DNA of 64,000 nucleotides from Octopus sinensis (Eukaryota): NCBI RefSeq assembly GCF_006345805.1, contig NC_043002.1:85064001-85128000 (forward strand). Reading direction: 5' to 3'. Position numbers and translations under genes: made by a program. This document shows, piece after piece, positions 37,341-49,099 of this stretch; within the stretch, counting starts at the first letter, position 1, and the number at the start of each line of letters is the position of its first letter. Below the pieces are notes generated by a model. It searched no databases and had not been told where the DNA came from. It saw nothing but the letters and a program-made list of their open reading frames with translations.

Positions 37341-37637
37341 TAACGTAAAATTGCATGATGGATTGCCGTCATTTCATTCTTTCTTTCTTACCTGTCTGTG
37401 TTTGCCTTTCAAGTGCTGTGTTTTTACTGAGATCCCCCTTTTAGTAGAAGGAATAGCTATATCTCTTTGACTGCTATTTCTAAATTCGGTGTGTTGGTGA
37501 GGCAATTCGTTGCTAAACCCTTAATTACTTAGTATTACTTAAATTTTCCTCGAATGGGGCTTTTACATGCTGAAATCTACTTGGTGTAATTGATAATTAC
37601 CCCTAATTAATTAATTTCACCTTTTATTATTACTTAT

Positions 37638-37712
<75 letters not shown>

Positions 37713-37807
37713 TACTATATATACATCATATACTCGTATATATGACGGAAAATAAAAGAAGCCCGTAGTGTGTGTGTGTATGTGTATGAATATATATATG
37801 AAGGATT

Positions 37808-38460
37808 AATTTTAATCCTTCAGCTAATTAATGCTTTTGGGGGTTTGCAATCGCCTATATTATTGATTCTGTTATTATTATTTTTGAATTGTTACACTAG
37901 ATAATAATAGAGTCAATGGTATCTTCGCAAATTATTTTTTTCGTGATTTATTTTTCTCGTGAATTATTTGCTCTATATTGAAGTTATTTTCACACTGGTA
38001 GCTGCCATGATTCAGCACAAAACGAATCAGTTGCAGCGCAGACTTCAACATGACAGGTTGGGGCTCTTTATCATGGTAACGCATGCTGAGGAAGGTGAGG
38101 CTATTATGCCGGTCCAGAAACCGGTCTACGTGAATCCAAATACTTGAATGTATGCTGAGAGATTGTTTTGGCCCGTTTGCCATCAGACGGTTGATTTCTG
38201 TAGTTATTAGTGTATTTTGGCGATTTAAATAAGACTTTTGTCTGATATTTCCAACAGATAGACATACTTAGTATGTCCTTTGACCAATTTTAAACCTTCA
38301 GCTATTTAATGCCTTTTTGGGGCCTGCAATCGCCTATATTATTGATTCCGTTATTACCATTTTTAAATTGTTACACTAGATAATAATAGAGTCAATGATA
38401 CCATTTCAAATTATTTTTTCATGATTTATTTTTCTAGTGAATTATTTTCTCGTGAACTAT
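37808..38460. repeat. Diverged ~160-bp direct repeats (period ~480) around a unique core
   Basis: ccttcagcta-ttaatgc...gcaatcgcctatattattgattc...gttacactagataataatagagtcaatg occurs at ~37815 and ~38295. Confidence 0.8.
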
Positions 38461-38506
<46 letters not shown>

Positions 38507-38529
38507 ATATATAATATATATATATATAT

Positions 38530-38593
<64 letters not shown>

Positions 38594-38768
38594 GACGGTC
38601 TTTCATTTTCCGTCAACCAAATCCACTCAGAGGACTTTGGTCGTCTAGGGACTTTGGTCGTCCAGGGACTTTAATAGAAGACTCTTGCCTATGGTACCAC
38701 GCAGTGAGACTGAGACTAGAGCAATGTGATTGGGAAGAAACCTTCTTACCACAAAGCTTTGCCATCAG

Positions 38769-38835
<67 letters not shown>

Positions 38836-38906
38836 TTATATATATGTGTGTGTGTGTATGTGTGTACGCACGCGTGTGTGTGTGTGTATGTGTGTACGCA
38901 CGCGCG

Positions 38907-38937
<31 letters not shown>

Positions 38938-39217
38938 TAATGTATACACATTTTAAGAAATACAACATTTACACCATTAAAATCAAAACGTTTTATAACG
39001 AATATTGTTGAAGAATGGTAGGGAGTTATTTGGATGTGACTGAGGAGCGGGAGCGACTGCAAGAAGTAATTATCTCACTTTCGTCCAGTGGTCAATGATC
39101 ATTAACCACCAGCTTCTGGCCAAATGTCGGATGCCTGCTATCAAGAGTAAAACAGATTTGATTGTCGGTCGAATCCGGTACAGGACAGTTCCGGTGCTCT
39201 CTTTGATATTGTTGTTG

Positions 39218-39249
<32 letters not shown>

Positions 39250-39549
39250 GGTGGTGGTGGTGGTGGTATCGGTGGAGGTGATGGTGGTGGTCTTGGTGGT
39301 AGTATTGTGATGATGATATTGGTGTTGTTTACGCTTAAGTCAACTCTGACCGAGCAGACCTGCGAGTAATGATGTCCTAACCATAACCATCCCGTCTTTT
39401 TGTATATTCAAGACTACAGTGGTGGTGGTGATGGTGGTTTCGGTCGTCGTCGTTCTGCTACAAAGCAAAGGTATTTTGCAAATTCCATTTCCAGATGGAA
39501 ATCATTTCTTGTTATGCATATAGTACTCATGCCTTTTTAGAGAAGCACG

Positions 39550-39967
39550 GGATCTTTTCAGTTTGAACGGCAGTTTTTCTAGCGGTGTCATATGAAATTG
39601 TCACCCATAATTATGACCCAAGTATCGATCTATTGCATTTCAATCTGTTTTAGGGTTAGGGTTAGGGTTGGGGTGGGGGGAATGGTATCTTTTTTTCTTC
39701 ACAAATGTACGTAAACCCAATCTGTTTCTTAAACGAGGGACATATTCATACGGCACAGTGTTTTTTACCTCAATAGACGTCAGTGATTGGTTGAAATTGC
39801 AGAAATTGAAGAAAAATACAATAAATATCTTACAGACTATAGAATTTTCTCAATAAAGCCAAGAGAAAAAGATGTTTTATAAACACATTCTACCAGTATA
39901 CAAAGTTTAAAATTTTTTAGTTACCTAGAAATTATGTTAAAAACTGCCGTTCAAACCGAAAAGATCC
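39550..39967 (+). mobile_element. MITE with GGATCTTTTC TIRs, 8-bp TSD and an internal TTAGGG tract
   Basis: TSD gaagcacg at 39542-39549 and 39968-39975. Confidence 0.9.
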
Positions 39968-40584
39968 GAAGCACGAATATCACACAAGTTCGCTTTCCTT
40001 TTCCACCTACCTATATAATCATGAACCTTAGTGTCTATACCGGAAAACAACTAATCATTTTTCGACCCATCGAGGGAACCTCTGCACTATGGCTCGATTG
40101 GCTTGTAACAACACTCAAATTTCCCCCAAAATGGATTAATTAATGCTACACACTAGATAAAATGTTTACTTGCATTTCTTTCCGCTTCACGTTCTGAGTT
40201 CAAATTTCGCCCAGATCGATTTTGCCTTTCATCCTTTTTGAGTTGATAAAATAAGTACCAATCAAATACTGGAGTTGATAAAATCGACCGATCCCCTTCC
40301 CCAAAATTTCAGGCCGTGTGCCTATAGTAGAAAAGATAATGTAGGCCTTCATCCACTTAAGTAATATCCATAAAAAAGAAATAAGCATGACCAGATACTA
40401 AAGCGTGCAACTATCAAAAATTGAGCCAGATGCTGGTATAGTATAAGAAATATTAGATAATAATAAACCGTTGCACACAATGAGCTTCTGCTTCGTTAAT
40501 TCTTTTACTTTTTATTTATTTTTTAAAATTCTATTTTTACTTTTATTATTTTATTATTATTTATTTATTTATTTATTTTTGCAG

Positions 40585-40745
40585 AACATGAGATGGGGTC
40601 GTTCGTGAAAGAGGATGCTGAGTTACAAAAGGTTGAGAAACAATGGTTCAGTTCAGCAAGGTATAGCTCCAGAATTGATGCCATAAGCACAGAAACCTGG
40701 TCAAGAGTCCGCTACCACAGCCTCGAAGCGACCAGTGCTTTGTAA
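40585..40745 (+). CDS. Candidate terminal coding exon ending ...EATSAL-stop
   Basis: T-rich tract plus ttgcag acceptor, 52 open codons (HEMGSFVKEDAELQKVEKQWFSSARYSSRIDAISTETWSRVRYHSLEATSAL), AATAAA downstream; no homolog recognised. Confidence 0.35.
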
Positions 40746-41317
40746 ATAAAGCTTAGTAACTCAAAATTGTTTGCAAGTCCTTCGTGTGCGTAATAAACCG
40801 TTCGTGGTGAGGTCCCGAAATATGAATTGAAACACATGTGCTCACTTGTAGAATAAATACTTTCCTTGTTGAAGTAATTTTGTATTTTTTTTTATTCTTA
40901 ATTTTTTTCGATAAAATTTTAAAATCTTAGATATTTTTCTTTCTTTTCTTCCCTTTCTTTTTCAATCAATCATTTTTTTTTTTTTTCATACATTTGTTGT
41001 TCTCAGTCGTTTTCTAAGCTGAAAGGTCAAATCTTTCCCACAGTTATTTTTCAGTATTGAGCCACAGATAGGTAAGCTTTTTCAGAGAAGAAAAATTGAA
41101 CTGATATTATTCATTGAATTTATTGATGCTTTATATAACAGAATTAATGTCAAATTAAATTTTATACAGAAATTGACTCTACGTATTAAAATGTACTGAG
41201 TTATTTATTGAATAGCGGTCGTCCCAGTTTTGTAAATCAGAATACTCGATGTGTGCGGGAGTGAAGTTTAAACATCGGTGATAGAACCGAACCAATAAAC
41301 AGATGCTTTTGAATAAA

Positions 41318-42410
41318 GAGGCGGCGAAATGTTTAGCACACCGGGCGAAATGTTTACCGGTATTTCGTCTACCGGTCTGCCGCTATGTTCTGAGTTCAAA
41401 TTCCGCCGAGGTCGACTTTGCCTTTCATCCTTTCGGGGTCGATAAATTAAAGTACCAGTTACGCACTGGGGTCGAAATAATCGACTTAATCCGTTAGTCT
41501 GTCCTTGTTTGTCCTCTCTGTGTTTAGCCCCTTGTGGGTAGTAAAGAAATAGGTATTTCGTCTACCGGTCTGCCGCTATGTTCTGAGTTCAAATTCCACC
41601 GAGGTCGACTTTGCCTATCATACTGTCGATTAAATAAGTACAAGTTACGCACTGGGATCGATATAATCGACTTAACCCGTTCGTCTGTCCTTGTTTGTCC
41701 TCTCTGTGTTTAGCCCCTTGTGGGTAGTAAAGAAATAGGTATTTCGTCTACCGGTCTGCCGCTATGTTCTGAGTTCATATTCCGCCGAGGTCGACTTTGC
41801 CTATCATACTTTCGATTAAATAAGTACCAGTTACGCACTGGGATCGATATAATCGACTTAACCCGTGTGTCTGTCCTTGTTTGTCCCCTCTGTGTTTAGC
41901 CCCTCGTGGGTAGTAAAGAAATAGGTATTTCGTCTGTCTTTATGTTCTGAGTTCAATTCCACCGAGGTCGACTTTGTCTTTCATCCTTTCGGGGTCGATT
42001 AAATAAGTACCAGTTACGCACTGGGATCGATATACTCGACTTAATCTGTTTGTGTCCTTGTTTGTCCTCTCTGTGTTTAGCCCCTTGTGGGTAGTAAAGA
42101 AATAGGTATTTCGTCTGTCTTTACGTTCTGAGTTCAAATTCCACTGAGGTCGACTTTGCCTTTCATCCTTTTGGGGTCGATAAATTAAGTACCAGTTACG
42201 CACTGGGGTCGATATAATCGACTTAATTCCTTTTGTCTGTCCACTCTATGTTTAGCCCCTCGTGGGTAGTAAAGAAATAGGTATTTCGTCTGTCTTTCAT
42301 CCTTTCGGGGTCGATAAATTAAGTACAAGTTGTGTACTGGGGTCGATCTAATCGACTGGCCCCATCCCCAAAAATTTCGGGCCTTGTACCTAGAGTAGAA
42401 AAGAAAAGAA
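41318..42410 (+). repeat. Head-to-tail array of SINE B bodies (one head, ~6 bodies, period ~175-190 bp)
   Basis: Each tail gtgggtagtaaagaaata is followed directly by ggtatttcgtc; the last body has a B2 tail. Confidence 0.9.
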
Positions 42411-43303
42411 TAATAAACATGTTTTTGAACAAAAAATCCCTGTGATTTGGCTCCGCACTCACTCGTCAGTCTAGTAAATGTAATGATGCAACGAGTGACC
42501 CATTCGAAACCTGTAAGCAAGGACGTTGTTGTTCTCCAAACGTGTTATAAAGTTTAACTCATCAAATAGATAAGAACCATCGTGTGATACAAGTTGTTTT
42601 GGGAGTACTGTATGACCGATGAGTGCTTCCAAACTTCGATATACTGAGCTTAACATTTATGAAACAGTAAGATAGACAAAGGACTACATATACAGTAGGG
42701 TATCATATATGTGAGTCTAATATTTCGATCAGACAAGATTAGTTTTCTATAATGAGTACTAGACATTTTTTATATCGGTATCTTTTGCCGAAGCGCCAGC
42801 TTGCGTCGACGCAAACAAACCAACACCGGTTGTCAGGCAGTGATGGGAGACAAATACCACAAAAACAAAAACACATATACATAGATACATATATAACTTT
42901 ATAAGCTGCACCTCGAGATCTCCTATTCCAAAAAGGTTATTTCACATTCTCTCGAAAGTTTATAAAATTCTCATGTGTGTGTGTGTTGTGTGTGTGTGTG
43001 GGTGGGTGTGTGTGTGTGTGTGTGTGTGCTCATATATATATATTCCAACATCACCATCAAAATACAGGACCAGATACTGCTTAATTGATTTTTCAGAATT
43101 CTCTGTCTCTTAGAGAAGAAGAAGAAGAAGAAGAAGAAGAAGAAGAAGAAAAAGAAGAATGAGGAGGAGGAGCAGACGATGATGATGATGATGATGATGA
43201 TGATGGTCATGGTGGTGGTGGTGGTGGTAGTGGTGGTGGTGGTGGTGGTGGTGGTGATGATGATGATGAAAATAACAACAGGATGAAAGAAAGAAAGAAT
43301 GAC

Positions 43304-43343
<40 letters not shown>

Positions 43344-43556
43344 GGCTTTCAAGAGTGACTGACTGTCTAGATATCTGGTTATGGCTACGTGTCTGAGAGC
43401 ACGCCTGTTTGGCACCTACCGAGTTCGAGTAGAATCGTTAGTTCTTCGTCTGTTGGCTAGAAAAAAAAACCCAATCCTGTGTAGGTGAGGTAACATCAGT
43501 GAATGTGGATGGAGCTGATTCTATTATTAGTAGTAGTATCATCATCGTCATCATTG

Positions 43557-43637
<81 letters not shown>

Positions 43638-43685
43638 TATATCATCATCATATTATTATTATTATTATTATTATTATCATCATCA

Positions 43686-43719
<34 letters not shown>

Positions 43720-43753
43720 CATTATTATTATTATTATTTATTATATATTATTA

Positions 43754-43811
<58 letters not shown>

Positions 43812-43821
43812 TTATATTATT

Positions 43822-43882
<61 letters not shown>

Positions 43883-44112
43883 TATATTATTATTATTATT
43901 ATTATATTATTATTAAACTACCCGCATCTAGCAGCAAACGGGAAGAGAACGAAAGAGAGAAGGGAGGAAAGAGGTAAGTTAGAAAGCTAGAAAGGCAAGA
44001 CAGACCGACAGGCAGTCAAGCAGGGAGACAGTTAGATAGACGGAAAATAAAAGAAAGCGTATATGATGATGTAACGGAGGCGGAGAAAACTTACGGAGGT
44101 AAAAGAACTAAA

Positions 44113-44173
<61 letters not shown>

Positions 44174-44629
44174 GAGTGGGAAGAAGCGTGTCGTGGTTGA
44201 AATGGAGAGGGTTGGTGTGAACTTGAAGGAAGTGCAAGTGTGGAGAAGTATGATGTAAGCAGGATGGTTTAAAGTCTGCACTTTTGATTTCAAGAATGGT
44301 AAAAAGTTGGAGGAAATTTCTTTTGTTTTGTTTTTGTTTTTTTTTTTTTTTTTTGTTGGTTTTATTTTTCTTGGGTTGCCTCGGGGCATGTTAACGGGAC
44401 TCTGTAACTGTGGTTTAGGCTGTGGAAGTTGGAGTGATCTGCCCCTGAGTCGAATGTTCGCATTGCCAGCGAGGCAAAAACGGATATGTGATTGTGTGTG
44501 TGTGTGTATATTGTGTGTATGTGTGTGTATATGTGTGTGTATATGTGTGTGTGCGTGCGCGCGTACCTAATATTAATAGTATATATATTAAGGTAGCTTA
44601 TATAATGTGTATATATATATATATTATAT

Positions 44630-44687
<58 letters not shown>

Positions 44688-44735
44688 TAATATATATATA
44701 CAGGCACATAATACATACGTATATATATATATATA

Positions 44736-44771
<36 letters not shown>

Positions 44772-44846
44772 AGATGGAAAAATGAGTACTCAATACCAGA
44801 GTAGAGTAATATGCTTTATTTAAAAGTAGCAGAAATATAACAAAAG

Positions 44847-44884
44847 CTGTTACTCAGAGTTTCACGTTTCCGTTCGTCGGACAG
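44847..44884 (-). ncRNA. Type I hammerhead, CCGACGA core, GAAA tetraloop in stem II
   Basis: ctgt CCGACGA acg gaaa cgt GAAAC tctga GTA acag. Confidence 0.82.
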
Positions 44885-44899
44885 TTTTGTTTAAAAAAA

Positions 44900-44939
44900 C
44901 TGTCCAACGAACGGGAACGTGTGAAACTCTGAGTAACAG
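44900..44939 (+). ncRNA. Mutated sister hammerhead (CCAACGA)
   Basis: ctgt CCAACGA acgggaacgtgt GAAAC tctga GTA acag. Confidence 0.55.
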
Positions 44940-46174
44940 CTTTTTTTATATTTCTGCTGCTTTTAAATAAAGTTATTATATATATTATATATATATAATA
45001 TATATATATATACATACATACAAACATACATACATACATACATTACATACATACATACATACATACACAACACACACATACATATATAGATTATAACGTA
45101 TGTATGTAAATCTATATCTATTTACCTATCAATCTATCTTTCTATCTATCTATCTATATATCTATCTATCTATCTATCTATACATACATACATACATACA
45201 TACATACATACATACATACATACATACATACATACATACACACAAACACATAGTGGCGCGCACACATGGAGTGAAGGTTTTCAGAGATAAAATAAGAGAA
45301 CATAGAGATTGAGAGACAGAGGGAAAAGGACTTGGGCGTGACAGAGCGAGAGGGGAGAAAAGAGAAAGAAAGAAACTGAAGATCTTTACAACAAATAAAG
45401 GTAAGTGGGAAATGAGTCTAATTAGACGTAATAAGTTGAAAATACGACCAGCATTGGCGGGGGAGTCGGTAGGCAACAGCGGAGTTAATCAATGGTGGAT
45501 GAGGAGAAAGGGTTATTAAATGAGTGAGAGTTTAAATAACTATATTATAATTAATTCCAACTTAATAGAAAAGTAGTTAGGTTTAGGAGAAGTAAAAACA
45601 AAAATCAAGTTTAATTTTCGTTGCTCAAACAAAAGAATTTCATAAAATGAAGGAAAAAAATATAGGAATAAATTTTAAAATTGAAAATAAATTCTAAACA
45701 AAAGTTTGTTTGTTTTTTTTTTTCGAAAAATAATAATATGTTTAAAATATTGGGAAAATAATGCGGGGAATTTTAACTGTAGGAAAAATTAAATGGGGGA
45801 GGAAACGAACATGTGTTTGAAGGTTGAGGGTAAATTAGAAGTTTTTTTTTTATATGTTAAGTGTGAGTACGGGTGTGTGTGTGTGTGTGTGCGAGTGAGT
45901 GTGGTTTTTTCTAAAGTGTGTATATGCATATTCATGTATGTGGGTGTGTATGTATGTACGTGTGCTTATACCTATAAGGATACATATGTATATGTATGTG
46001 TGTACATGTATGTGTGCGTGTGTATATATATATATGTGTGTATGTGTGTATATACATGCACATTTTCTCCATTTACATACGTTCATGCATAAACGTATGT
46101 TTATGCGTATATGTATGCCTGTATATGTGTGTGAATGTGCAGTTATGTATGTGTGTACCTATGCATATATATGT

Positions 46175-46205
<31 letters not shown>

Positions 46206-46283
46206 CACATACATATACATATGTATCCATATATGTTAAAACACACGTACACATACACACCACACACACACACACACATATAT

Positions 46284-46356
<73 letters not shown>

Positions 46357-47340
46357 ATGTATGCATGCTTGTATACAGTGCTAACTCGCTATCTTAAAAA
46401 TAGTAAGTATTGTAAGAAAGGCGTCATATCAAATTCTCAAATTTATTGAGCTCCAAATGGCTGCTTTGCTTATCGGGAAAGTCACCTATTTTAGGAAAAA
46501 TACTCTCTTTTCCAGCGTGCCTCTTGATTCGGTGACGATTGACCCGTATTTTCACGCGACTTTTACTTCTTATTCAGCTTCTGTTATTATCTTGATTTTG
46601 TAATCTTTTCTCTAAGGTTTGTAAGAAACCTTAGGTGCGTCTCTATCTTTTATACGTCGTCTCTTTTCCTTCTTTAACAGTGTTGCACCTTTTCCTCTCC
46701 CATAGTTTGTTATTCGTTTGACACTGCACCGAAATTGAAATTGAACCTCTTTACTATAGAAAAGAAAAATTGTATTAAAAAAAAAACAGTAGAAACCTAT
46801 TTACTGTGCGAAAGAAATATGTTATATAGAAACAAGAAGTTTACAGACAAACTTCCTAAATTGAAAGCAAGAATAAAACAGAAATAACTTGAAGATTACA
46901 TTGTTATAAAGTTGAATGCTGTACAGATCCGGGATTCCGGTACACAGGTAATATATCGACATTAATTTAAACGAACCTTTAAAATTGAATATCGCTATTG
47001 AAATTAATTGTTCAATAAAAGTTTTCCTTCCCAGACATTATCATTTCAGGGTGAAGTCACCTAGTTTTACAAACGTAATATAATACCTATACAGAGTGTC
47101 TTCCAGTTCACTTTTGAATTTAAATCGAAATGTATATTGAATGTATGAATACATTCATATATGCTATAAATTATACTTTCTATAAACATATATACATTTT
47201 TTTATATTTATTTATTTCTCATTGTTGAAGATTTAGAAAAGAAACGATCAGAAATAGGTAAATAGTATTGTGGAGTACGTGAGAAAATGCATTACTATAG
47301 GAAGTGGAAGAGAAGGAGAAAAGAAGATATAATAATAATA

Positions 47341-47379
<39 letters not shown>

Positions 47380-47459
47380 GTTGTTGTTGTTGTTATGCTT
47401 TTTTTATTGGTCACAACGGCTGAACACAAAACACTTAGGAACGATGCAACACAAGGAAC

Positions 47460-48910
47460 AAGAAGGGCTTAGTACAAAGTCGTTCAAAAATAGCAGTTAG
47501 CACCCCAAAAGGAGGGAGTCCATCCTACGAGCAACCGAGGAACCCCACACACTCAAGTTATTCTGACCACCAAGTGCACCTCAACAGGTGCCTCTCCTTC
47601 TCAACTCTTCCAGTTTCTAAGCGAATGTTCAGAGTAGGCCCATTCAGATGAGCCGCCTTCGTCACATTCATCCACCTTTCGACCAAAATATTGGTGGTTG
47701 AGGTGGAGAAGTACTTCCCTCTCCACCCTCAATTCCCTTTTCAAGTGGAATTTGAAAAATTCAATGAAGGCTTGGCCTAAGAGGAAAGTATCTGTCGTCA
47801 GTTCTTCCAGTCTCGTCCACTATTGTGCTTCCTTTGCCACAGCCACCAGACAGAGGAAAACTGCCCTTCCTTCCCAGCCAAAAGAAAGCGGCGGAGCGAT
47901 CTTTACGATGGACTCGGTTGATAATCGGATCCATCATACACGCGTCAACGGCTGTTCGACAAAGCTCCACAAGTCAGTAATGCCGGGTACTGGACGAGTG
48001 CATGCAGGACGGTTTCGTCGCCTTGCGCACATCTTGGACAGGTTCGCTTGACAGCACTTCCGTATTTATAGAGCTTGTCTCGAACTAGCAGAGCTCCCCG
48101 GTAGCACTGCCAGGCCAGGGATTTCTGGAAGTTATCTATAGGCCCCGACCCGAAAGTCCTCTAGAAAAACTAGTTAATTGAACCCTCCCGATGCCCAGAG
48201 TTTCCCCGAGAATGTCGTCGCTCTTTCCCTCTGCTAATACCCTATAGAACCCCATAGTTGCCAGTCGTTGCCCGACTGGCAACAAACTATGAGCGCTTGC
48301 CGACACTCTGGGTACCAAGCGCCCTTTCTTTATTTACGCTTGATCCAGTACTGTAGCTCCGTCAATTAGACAAGCTACGGAAAATCCCGTCCGACAAATG
48401 GCAACCAAGCTCGCTAGAGATGTCACAGCCTCAGTGCATGTCTGCGCAATATTAGCCACGGGATGTCCAGTCCTCCATTTAGCGACCATTGACAGTTGAA
48501 GGATCGTCTGACATCCCTTCCATAAAAAGCGGAAGAGGAAGCGTTCCAGTTTGATCAGCCACGAAGTGGAGCAAGAGGCGACGGTCAGGCGGTAGTAGAT
48601 GACGGAAGTGGTGTATGTATTCGCCACCTCCTCCCGACCCTTCAGGGACAGCTTCCTCTCTGCCCATTTCTGGGTGATATTGGCCACCCTGCTCGTCACC
48701 TCCCTCATAGTTCTTGGCCACCTGGAGGTCTGGACCAAACCAGAACCCGAGCAGTTTAATCAGTTCTTCCGTCCAGCGCCCTACAACGCTGTCGGTTGGC
48801 ATGGACCTGCCTCTCCAGGTGCCGAGCTGCAGACCCACCGACTTGTCCTGATTAATCTTTGCTCCTGTAACCCCTCCGCAATCCCTTAAGGTAGTGCCAG
48901 TCACCTCGAT
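47460..48910 (-). mobile_element. L1/Tx1-like LINE 3' end (5'-truncated), next to an (ATT)n tract
   Basis: GAKINQDKSVGLQLG, QKWAERKLSLKGREEVANTY, LERFLFRFLWKG; homologous to 16380-17335. Confidence 0.88.
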
Positions 48911-48916
48911 TTCATA

Positions 48917-48960
<44 letters not shown>

Positions 48961-48970
48961 ATATATATAT

Positions 48971-49040
48971 AGACAGTTTTTGCTAGAATGGAACCGATAT
49001 ATCAATTGATATATCGGTTCCATTCTAGCAAAAACTGTCT
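48971..49040. repeat. Perfect 70-bp palindrome
   Basis: agacagtttttgctagaatggaaccgatatatcaa followed by its exact reverse complement. Confidence 0.95.
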
Positions 49041-49066
49041 GATGAACGGCAACGAGAAACTCAGAG

Positions 49067-49068
<2 letters not shown>
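49035..49068 (+). ncRNA. Hammerhead 5' cleavage-product-like motif ending at GTA
   Basis: ctgt CTGATGA acg gcaa cga GAAAC tcaga GTA, then (TA)n instead of acag. Confidence 0.7.

Positions 49069-49094
<26 letters not shown>

Positions 49095-49099
<5 letters not shown>

Larger units (their letters stand above)
33114..37634. repeat. Tandem array of ~580-bp hammerhead-containing units; 3 units on minus (33114-34850), ~4.8 on plus (34851-37634)
   Basis: Near-identical units with HHR spacing 579-585 bp; orientation switch at 34850; flanking direct repeat tataaagatagata. Confidence 0.95.
44770..44972. mobile_element. Hairpin element: inverted arms 44814-44972 carrying divergent hammerheads
   Basis: Arms meet at ~44890; the left arm extends to gagtactcaataccagagtagagtaa, similar to 8545-8570. 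Confidence 0.85.

Noticed and set aside
39650-39670. Telomere or chromosome end
   Set aside because: Only 2-3 TTAGGG units, always inside the MITE.
41318-42410. Possible CRISPR-like repeat-spacer array (also 33114-37634)
   Set aside because: Units are whole near-identical repeats with no unique spacers, in a eukaryotic context with no cas genes.
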